Shown here: piece by piece, positions 53,116 through 62,479 of the stretch
Layout: each line of letters starts with the position of its first letter
How positions within the stretch are numbered: the stretch's first letter is position 1
Position numbers and translations under genes: made by a program
Notes under the pieces: model-generated
Told to the model about the DNA's origin: nothing
Seen by the model: the letters and a program-made list of their open reading frames with translations, nothing else
The model's database searches: none
NCBI RefSeq assembly: GCF_964204645.1
Contig: NC_134025.1
Span: forward strand, 15,314,001 to 15,378,000
Direction: 5' to 3'
Origin: Tubulanus polymorphus
Taxonomy: Eukaryota; Animalia; Nemertea
Length of the DNA: 64,000 bases

Positions 53116-53550
53116 TTAATAATTTATTAATTCTTTTAATAATTTATCTTGTTCTTCAACTGTTATATGGCCATTTAAACTTATTATATAATCTAGTGTA
53201 TTTTTTAATTTATTAATTTCTTTTATATTAGTTTTAATTTTTTCTTTATTACCTTTTATATTTAATTTTGAACTTATACCGGTTAAAACACTTGAACTTA
53301 ATCCTAACACACCAATTTATATAGCTAAAGGTGTTAATGGACTGAATATTGCTAGAAATGTTATTACAGAACTAATTGTAACCGAACCACTTATAATCAA
53401 ATAATATATAATTTTACTTTTTAGATATTTTTTCTTTTTAACTTTTAAGTCACTTTCAAATTCTAATATTTGTTTTTCTAAATATGTTTTTAATTTAGTT
53501 TTATTTATATCATGAGGAATAATATCAATATTATCAACTTTATCTTCCAT
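53116..53550 (-). pseudogene. Two-TM viral protein split by an in-frame TAA
   Basis: ORFs 53317-53550 and 53116-53310 are in the same frame, with hydrophobic segments on both sides of the stop. Confidence 0.7.
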
Positions 53551-53568
53551 TTATTTAGAAAAAAATTA

Positions 53569-53991
53569 CTAATTAGTAAATTTATATGCTACAAATATAA
53601 CAATAACAGTTCTACCTAAAATCCATATTATTTCATATTTCTGTTGTTCTTTACTTGGGGTATAATAATCTGATAATTTAGGTTTGTATAGATGTAATTT
53701 TTCTTTATTGGTTACCGCGTTATATAAACTCATTGCATCATGAACTGATTGAAAATCTCTATGTGAAATCTTCTGATCATATAATTCTTTATTGATGTAA
53801 TCCATATAGTTTTGTCTTTTTTCTCTATATTCTTCTGCAGCTTTATTATATTTCTCTAACGCTAAGTTATGTCTTCTTTGTTCTCCTAATGAACTATTTT
53901 TATCAATATGTTTAAATAAATATCCACCACCAGTAAATGCAAAAGCGTTAACAATTGCCGATCCTATAATAATTATAATTGCAGAAGCCAT
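53569..53991 (-). CDS. Viral membrane protein (hydrophobic N- and C-termini, central helix)
   Basis: MASAIIIIIGSAIVNAFAFTGG...; TAAATG start. Confidence 0.75.
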   Translation of the reverse strand: MASAIIIIIGSAIVNAFAFTGGGYLFKHIDKNSSLGEQRRHNLALEKYNKAAEEYREKRQNYMDYINKELYDQKISHRDFQSVHDAMSLYNAVTNKEKLHLYKPKLSDYYTPSKEQQKYEIIWILGRTVIVIFVAYKFTN

Positions 53992-54016
53992 TTATTTAGC
54001 AAAAAAAATTATGCAT

Positions 54017-54238
54017 TTATATGGGAGGAATATATTTTTGTTTTTCCAAATAATCAATTGTTAAATTAGATAAAGTAACTGCTAATGTTAATTTTAAAAT
54101 ATCATTTATATCAAATCTATCAACATTAACACTTCCCATTTTAAATACTTTTTTTAATACCATTGAATAACCAACAGTTCCAACTGATAGTAAGGCGCCA
54201 TTATATAATCCAGTTATTATCCACTTATTATCACTCAT
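54017..54238 (-). CDS. Small viral membrane protein
   Basis: 73 aa, two hydrophobic stretches, TAAATG start. Confidence 0.7.
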   Translation of the reverse strand: MSDNKWIITGLYNGALLSVGTVGYSMVLKKVFKMGSVNVDRFDINDILKLTLAVTLSNLTIDYLEKQKYIPPI

Positions 54239-54721
54239 TTATTTATCAAAAAAATTACTATCATCAAAATATTTAGTTATCTTATTTATGATTAATTCAA
54301 CATTTATTTCATTACTAGTTTCATTTGTATATATTTCAATTATTATTTTTTTAATATCATCGATGATAAAATCTTCATCTAATTCATAAAATCTTAAAGA
54401 TTCTCTAATTAAATTAGTAATCTTTTCTACATTTAAAGTTTCTTTATCTATTGTTGTTTCATACTCAAATGTTGTTTCATTAGAAAATGCAATATTTTTG
54501 ATATGTGTAATTACATCATTAATGTTAAATTTCAAAAAAGTATTATGTTCAATAGTTTTATTCGATATATTGTAAAAAGAATTACATAAACTTATATTAA
54601 CTAATTTTAAATCTACGCAATTTTTATATTCTCTATCTAATTGTACTAGTAAATTATGAGATTTATAATTTGTAAGTCTTCTAGAATCTACAAATATTCT
54701 GTATTCTTTTAATTCCGCCAT
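54239..54721 (-). CDS. Minor capsid (penton)-like protein, possibly internally deleted
   Basis: N-terminal IFVDSR..L...KN...KL.N..L.NSFYNI pattern recalls minor capsid proteins; only 160 aa. Confidence 0.55.
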   Translation of the reverse strand: MAELKEYRIFVDSRRLTNYKSHNLLVQLDREYKNCVDLKLVNISLCNSFYNISNKTIEHNTFLKFNINDVITHIKNIAFSNETTFEYETTIDKETLNVEKITNLIRESLRFYELDEDFIIDDIKKIIIEIYTNETSNEINVELIINKITKYFDDSNFFDK

Positions 54722-54738
54722 TTATTTTACATATTTTC

Positions 54739-55102
54739 TTATTCGAAATCTATTTCATGATGCCCTTTTTCATTCTTACCTTTGTATACGAAATAGAAAT
54801 CTCCAGAACATAATTCTTCTAAATCTTCACTTGATAATCTATGAAATCTATCCGGTAAATATGTTCTGAATTTATATGTATTTCCTTTTAATCCTTCATA
54901 TTCTAAGTGTATAACTAATTTATCTCCATAGTTATTAGTAACTGTATCAATATTTGTAATTAGATATTTCTTATGGATTGTTAATTCTGTTAACTTTTTG
55001 AATTTATAATCTACAGATTTTACATATTAAAAGATTTGTTATATCTTTAATTCTATCTAGAAATAATTTGTTGTTCTCACTGTGTGCTTGTTTACTCTCC
55101 AT
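54739..55102 (-). pseudogene. Small viral protein (possible OB-fold), frameshifted
   Basis: ATG at 55102, frameshift near 55030, then YKFKKLTELTIHKKY...YGDKLVI...YLPDRF...FVYKG to TAA 54739; missed by the ORF track. Confidence 0.6.
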
Positions 55103-55149
55103 TTTAATAACATATTTTTATTAAAATTTGATTAACACGTTAGAATTCT

Positions 55150-56003
55150 TTTCATTATCTCGTTCTCTTTTGTTTCTTCTCTTTTAAATTTTAAGTATTC
55201 ATCTAAATTACAACCATAAGCAACTGTATGAATTCCATCATCTAAAATATATCTTTATCATCAAATGGGTTTAGACTTATCTTTTCAATTTCTTCAATAA
55301 ACATTTCATGATCTTCAGATCTTAAACATCTCATCTTATGTTTTCTAACTTCTTCATTGAATATACAATTATGTTGTGAATGAGAATTTATATTGTATAT
55401 TGGTTTATCTTCAGATTTTATAAACTTTACTTTAGAAGATATACTTATTTTAGGATATTCAACATCTGTAATTATTTTTATTATTTCTTTCATATTTTCT
55501 AAATGTTTTTTATTTTCTTCTAATGTTTTTCCTTTATGAAATTTAAACTCGATAGCTGCTGGGCCAATATCACTTTTAAATGCTTCGGTTATCTCTATAT
55601 CTTTTTTATTATCTAATGAATTAATATATTTTCTTACATCTTCCATGTATGGTCTTTTATTGTTTAATTTATTTTTTATGCTTTTAATTGTCTTCTGTTT
55701 CTTATCATTATCTTTATCAAAATAATCTTCACCTAAAATATCATTATTCTTATTTCTAATATGACTTTTAGATTTTAAATGTTCTTTATAATATCTTTTA
55801 TCACTGAATGATTGATTACATGTATCACATTTATATTTTTCTTTTTCATTCTTTAATTCATCTAATTTAGTTTCTAATATATCATCTTCATATTCTAGTT
55901 TCAATTTATTCTCTAAATGTGTTTTAGTTTTATTGTGTCTTGCTTTTTGGGATTTATCTATATTGATATTACATCTTGGACAGTAGTACTTATTTGCTTC
56001 CAT
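55150..56003 (-). pseudogene. pPolB with large internal deletion
   Basis: N-terminus matches 17425-16820. At ~55370 it jumps to the PolB C-terminal motif LRSEDHEMF..KISLNPFDDK, then (frameshift) YILDDGIHTVAYG. Confidence 0.8.
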
Positions 56004-56083
56004 TTAATACTAAATTTTTTTATTAAAATTGATTTTAGGAGTTCAATGATTTAAATGTTATTCATTTATATGAATATTTTAAG

Positions 56084-56487
56084 AGTAATAGGGGTAATGG
56101 GCTTTCATATCAAAGGTTGAATGGTCGAGTTCATTAAAAACAAATATCAAAAGTAATTTAAAACTATAATATATTTTCATAACCGCGTGCATTTCAGTTG
56201 AATAATAGAATAATTATTATTATTTGAATATATTTGATTATATGAATTTGTGTATTGTAAATAAATCAATTGGTCGCGGAGCGGAGCGGTAGCGAAGTGG
56301 AGCGACCAATTGATTTAATACAATATGCTTTTTAAATTATTGATATCTTAGAATAAATATTTAGTTTTAATATAAAATGCACGCGGTTATGAAAATATAT
56401 TATAGTTTTTAATTACTTTTAATGTTTTGTTTTTTAATGAGCTCGACCGTTCGACCTTTGGTATGAAAGCCCATTACCCCTATTACT
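56084..56487. repeat. Terminal ~404-bp imperfect palindrome of the virus
   Basis: AGTAATAGGGGTAATGGGCTTTCATA...TATGAAAGCCCATTACCCCTATTACT; GC-rich apex at 56271-56308. Confidence 0.9.
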
Positions 56488-59310
56488 GCCGCCGTCGTCG
56501 GCGCCCGTTTGATCAAATATTCATTCGATGCGCTCAATCCATGCTACAATTTCAGCAAAGCGATTATCTGGTCCGATAGCGAGATAGTCCTAAGTTGGAC
56601 TAGGAGTGAAAATCGACTTCCGTGTTTCGTTCAAAATCGGGTGCACGAGATAAACTCCTTGAAGCTAGACAATCTCGATGTGGAATTGAATTACGTACCG
56701 ACTCAAGATAATCCAGCGGATCTACTAACACGCGGTATAACCACTCACCAACTGGCCAACTCAACACTATGGTGGCACGGGCCCGACTGGTTGAAAGTCG
56801 GCGATTGGCCAGTCTCGCGATTTCAAGCCGAAAACGAAATTAAAACTGATGAATCTGTCGACGAGACTACCATGTCGATACAACACGAACAGTTAGAAAA
56901 AGCGGGTATCTTAAAGATCATTGATCCGGAAAAATATGGATCGTTGACCGAACTCGTCCGTGTTACCGCTTATCTCCTCAGATATTTACATAATCTGAGG
57001 AATCCGGCCGATCGGGTTAGTGGGGAACTCACCGCCGATGAGATAAAAACTGCAGAAAACAAATGGGTCATGGACTTACAGAAAACATACTTTAAATCTG
57101 AATTGAATCAATTGACAGACCAGAAACTCAAACGCGGTAACCTGGTCAAACAACTGAAAATCTTTATCGATGACAGGGGACTTATTCGATGCGGCAGTCG
57201 TGTGCAAAATTCGTCTTTACCCTACGATGCCAAATTTCCCATTCTTTTACCAGATCACCATATTACGCGTTTGATCGTGTTGTTTCACCACAGGAGGTGT
57301 AAACATTTAAGAATCGGCGGGACTGTTACTGCTATCAGGCAAAGGTACTGGATACCGAAAATTAGACAAGTCGTAAAATCAGTTCTCAGGAAATGTGTTA
57401 CGTGCGCTATAGTACGAGGCTCCGCCTACTGTAGACCTATACCACCACCACTTCCAGTTTCGCGCGTTACGGATGCTCCGCCCTTTACTGTTACCGGAGT
57501 AGATTATTCCGGCGAAATTTGGGTCAGAGGCACGTCTGACAAGCGCCATAAACGTTACATTTGTCTGTTTACATGCGCCACCACGCGAGCAGTCCATCTC
57601 GAATCAGTCATTAATATGACACCTGCCGCGTTTATTCGAGCATTCCGGAGATTCGTTTCGCGTAGATCGTTACCGCATGAACTGATCAGTGACAACGGGT
57701 CATACTTTCTAAAATCTTGCGTAGAGATAGAAGAAATCGTCAATTCGCCGATCGTCGCGAGATATATGGCGAACAATTGAATCAGAGGGACATTCATTCC
57801 CAAACGAGCCCCTTGGTTCGGGGGATTCTGGGAAAGGATGATAGGCGTAACGAAAGAATGCCTCAGAAAGATTCTCGGTAGAAGCATCGTCACGGACGAT
57901 GAATTACGAACTCTCTCTTGTGTGAAATTGAGGCTACGATCAACGATCGACCTCTCACGTATGTGTATAGTACGGAAGACGAGCCTCTTCCGTTATCTCC
58001 GTCACAACTGTTATGCGGTCGCCAATTAACTCTGTTGCCGTATGAGGACATTAATCTAAATGATCAGGACTTTAACGTTTCGTATACCGATATTCAACGC
58101 CGTAATCAAACGTTGCAAGAACTTTTGAGTTCATTCAAACGACGTTGGAGCCGTGAATACTTGATAGCGCTCAGAGAACGTGCGAAACTCAACGGGAAAC
58201 TCGAAAAACAAAATAAAAACTGGCGACATTGTTTTAGTGCACGAGGACAACAAGAAGCGAATACACTGGCGTATGGCACTCGTCGAGAAATTAAACGTTA
58301 GCGCCGATGACTTCTGCGATCAGCGGATATTAGAACAAGTACCGGCCGTACGAACCGACCCGTATCGAAATTATATCCGCTGGAAATTAACGCGAAATCT
58401 GTCGATGATTCATCGGATACCGGTACGATTACCGATACAAATCAACCGAAAACGCGTGCGATCAGGCTGGCCGCAGCCAACGCTCAGCGAAAGATTAGAA
58501 ATTGGACGAAATTATTAAAAGACTGAACTGTGTCTGGATTATATGTATGAAACCGATGCGTAGGCTATTATTGCCTTTTTACTCAACTATGTTTACATCA
58601 CGTGATTCTGCATGCGTGTTTACGTTAAATTCTTCGTCGGCCGCGAGGTCAAACACGTTATCGTTTTTACGCGTTTTCTGAACTTTAATCGTTTCCGATC
58701 TTAAACAAATAACGCGTTCGCTTCGAAACTTTTCTTTACCGGAAAGGACTTGAAATATCGTTTAATCACTCTTGGTGTTGGGAATTACTTATTATTACTA
58801 TAAAGCGGATTAATGAATTTAAATGTTATTCGATACGATGTTAACTTGCTTTCTATAGATAGTCATTTATTATGAAATATTCTTTATGTACTCATTTATT
58901 CAACACAACGCAATGTCTTTATTTCTAGCCCTTATGGCGATTCAATTTCATACGTGAAACTATTACTTAGTATAGTGATTATTAATATCTTTCAATTTAA
59001 TGCGATACATGTTATCTTAGAGTAAACTTTCAAATTCGGCGCTTACCGCCGCCCCCGGAGTGTCGAGAACGACATGTGTTGATTCTCTTATATGATTCGT
59101 TGATGTCTCTCTTATATGATTGGTTGCTGTTTCGCGCCATGTGTACTATACTGTAACCCTATACTGTAGTAATAAAGTTAGTTGCTGTTTAGATTCACAA
59201 AATATAACACGCTCTTCGACTTTACTCCTTCGGATCTGGTCAACTCTCTGTGGTGATAGTCACTCCATCACACCTTACTGCTCGCATAGATTTCGAAGTG
59301 GTCAGTCACA
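56488..59310 (+). mobile_element. Bel/Pao LTR retrotransposon 3' part (RNase H, integrase, 3' LTR 59061-59310)
   Basis: AAVVGARL, WSDSEIVL, NPADLLTRG, WWHGPDWL, GVDYSG, FTCATTRAVHLE, SDNG, APWFGGFWER; gcccccggag precedes TGT...ACA LTR; stop at 57780 and downstream frameshifts. Confidence 0.93.
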
Positions 59311-62300
59311 GATAATCTATAGCTTAGGCATTATACATTATCAGATCTGATCATTGTATTGTTAGGTCTAGTTCCCAATAGTCTTAATTTATCTCAGCTA
59401 CAATGAAAACAATGATTCTGTCTGGTCAATGCAAATATATGGCAGCACACTGTCTAATTTATATTCCAATTGAATGTAATTTGCTATAGGCAAAACGTTA
59501 AGTGTGATCTGTTCATGGCCTGCTTTTGTTCTCTTGACTCTTCTGATGTTTCAATTGATTTTTCATTTTAAAACATTTGAGACAAGTTTTCAAATACTAG
59601 ATCAGTCATTAGTTAGGCCTATCATCTGCAGGTCACAGTTACAAGTTCACTGTTAGAGCCTTTAAAATCTACTGATTGTAAGAATGCCTGGAAAATGTAG
59701 ATTTCAGGATTCTTGGCTTAAGCATGACGATTATAGCCAATGGATCGATAAATGTAATGATAAGGGAAGCCAGGTGTAAAATATGCTATCGAAGTTTCAG
59801 TATTAGTAACATTGGGTCATTGAATTGGACTCGAAAAGGTGCTTGAAAGTCATGGAATGAGACTGGTCATGGAGACTATGAACCCTGGACTCATACAACA
59901 TGGCCCTATGTCTATTATGTGTGTGGGTGTGCTAAATTAGGCCTAGCCTACTACATAAACATAATAGGTAGGATATTATATTTGAATCAATTTCAGATTG
60001 GAAACACTGGCTTAAAGAAAGATGTTCGACACCGCAAAACTATTGGGAGGCCTATGCATTTTCAAGAAATCTTTTATCAATATATTGTTATTCTTTTTAC
60101 TCCATCTGTTACTGCAGTAAAATAGAGAAAATAAATCATAAAGTACAAATTAGCCTACACGCTTGCTTGTTGTATTTTTTTATTGGACATTGCATTGGTG
60201 GATTGTAGAGATGAGGACCTAGGACCTGGGCTCCGGCCTTTTCGTCATCATTTTATCAATGATTTGCAAAAGGATTTCAAGAAGAAAGGATTTTACATTA
60301 AAAGGAGGGTAAAAGATTTTTATGATAAAGATGAGACGGACGGACGGACGGACGGACACGATTGTTTGTTTACATTGCGTTTCCAGGTAGCGGTAACGAC
60401 CTTGGTTCAATGAATTCTAAGTCTGCAGTGTATCCGTAACCGAAAATTGAAAGGTAGTTAACGCGTCCTGGAACTAGGGTCGACCGTTTGCTCGGCTACC
60501 CGTACTGGCGGGGTAGTCTAGAGAGGCCAATGAAAACTCCGGTTTGCTGAACCACCCCTCTTTGCGGGGATGCGGTATGATGTTTGATCTGACAGTTTCA
60601 AGTGGTTAATGGCTGTTTCAAGTGCTTACAACGATACTTATTACTTCGTGGTACATGGTGGTTTAAAAAAAGATTTCATAATAATACGCTCACCGCGTGG
60701 GCTTCGTAGAAAGACCACTACCTGTGACCTTCCCAAATTTTAATTGTCCTGTCCGATTTGGTTTCATCCAATTGAGAGAATGCCTTTGCCAGTTAGGGAA
60801 TTTTTGGATCACGTCACTCCAGGAAATGACTTAACGCTTTTGGGCCCCATCGTCGGTTCCACATGTTTCATTTGAGCTATAGACCACAATGGTGACACCA
60901 TGATGGTCAGTAACTGACCAATTGAGATATCCCCGAGTCTGAACACTTGACTTCGAATTTCGGAAATTTATCATGTAATGTTTGATTTCAAACTACTAAG
61001 GAATCATCATTGCAAATTCATCACTGACCATCACTGACCACCAATGACCAATTCAAACTTCTCGAATATGAAAACGATATACCGCGTTATGGTGTCAAAC
61101 TAGAAAGGATTCGCCATTGAAAATTCATAAATTGACCATCACTGACCACCACTGACCAATTGAAACTTCTTGAAAGAACGATATACCGGTACCGCATTTG
61201 GTGTGAAACTAGAAAGGATTCGTCATTAAAATTCATAAATTGACCATCACTGACCACCACTGCCCAAGTGAAACTTCTCAAATATCGTGGTCGAATTCGA
61301 AAGTGCTTGTCGTCGTATTGTTATTTCTAGAAACCAGCAGAAAGTTTTGCTACTGTTTTTGAATGGCTTTGACATGATGGAAATTTATTACCCATAAATG
61401 GGTTACACATCTGGATCACTGCACCTCACTTACCGCAGTAAGTTATTTTCACTGCATAGTAATGCTAATACATAAACTTTTTTACTACTTGACTCGAATC
61501 ATCTGAACAGTACTGCGTTTGAAAACTCAACGAATAGAAAATGTTTGCGGGAAGCGCCTACAAATAAGTTATAATAAGATTAATTAATCGATGCATGAAA
61601 AACAATTAAATCACAAGGTGACTAACACCCGTCTTTCAACCAATCTGCGCGATACCAATTAATTAAATCATTAAACGCATTGGGTTCCTAATATTTGAAA
61701 TCATGTGATACAATAATTGTTCTTTAGACTTGGCCACTTTCATTTCAGAAAACCGCGTACTAGACCAGTGGTCACCGAGGCATTAAACATTCCTTCAAGT
61801 TTTGAAAATTCGATGGTAACGCGGATTCTTCGCCTCTAAAAACTGATTCGTTAAAAAAGTTAAAATGAAAAGTGTTCATAGGAATTGAAATTTGGAGTGA
61901 TATCAGTCACAGCTGTAACCCTTTTTCATTGTCACTTCTTTTTTGGAATTCAAGTAGATTAGTGAAATTACCAATGATGAAGTTCACTTATATTATATCA
62001 AGTACCGTTTTTACTGTCGCATGCGAGTCGAAACAAAAAGATCTATCCAACTGCATATCTTCGGGTATAAACTGTGATATCCTACTGTATGTTATGAATC
62101 TTTAAAAATTTGTGTTCTAGTATAATACCCGAAGGTTTAACTATCGGACACATAAAAGATTCGCCATAATCAAAGTTTTTAAGAAAATCTTTCTTCGAGA
62201 AAGAAAGATCTTTAAAAGAACGATTGGCGTCAAACTAATCCATAATGGACTGTTGTGAATTCATTGAATAATCCACCTGAGAAATGTAAAGATTTCGAAA

Positions 62301-62479
62301 CGAAATTTATTCATATAAATAAAAAATGCATGAATAACTTGATGTTATTTGCGGGTCTCATGAAACACTTTCGTGCGCTCTTTTTAAATCTAAAATAGCA
62401 TAAATACATGCGTGTTTCGTTATCAAGAAGGTTAAATTCCAAACGCACATGAAATATGGAGCCTGTATCACACGATATA

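Larger units (their letters stand above)
42702..56487. mobile_element. Endogenous Polinton/Maverick-like virus (non-autonomous: pPolB deleted)
   Basis: MCP, ATPase, RVE integrase and pPolB ends; inverted repeats 42702-43114 / 55890-56302; right end ...TATTACT; very AT-rich, densely packed intronless genes. Confidence 0.92.
38010..60485. mobile_element. 22.5-kb composite element with long inverted arms and 9-bp TSD (Mutator/Foldback-like)
   Basis: TSD gtttgctcg at 38001-38009 and 60486-60494; ends GGTCGACC.../...GGTCGACC; arms 38010-40295 vs 59061-60485; single-copy target at 13907-13915. Confidence 0.8.

Noticed and set aside
42702-56487. Contaminating free viral or bacterial contig
   Set aside because: Joined to eukaryotic TEs at both ends, carries inactivating mutations, and has decayed paralogs in the same window.
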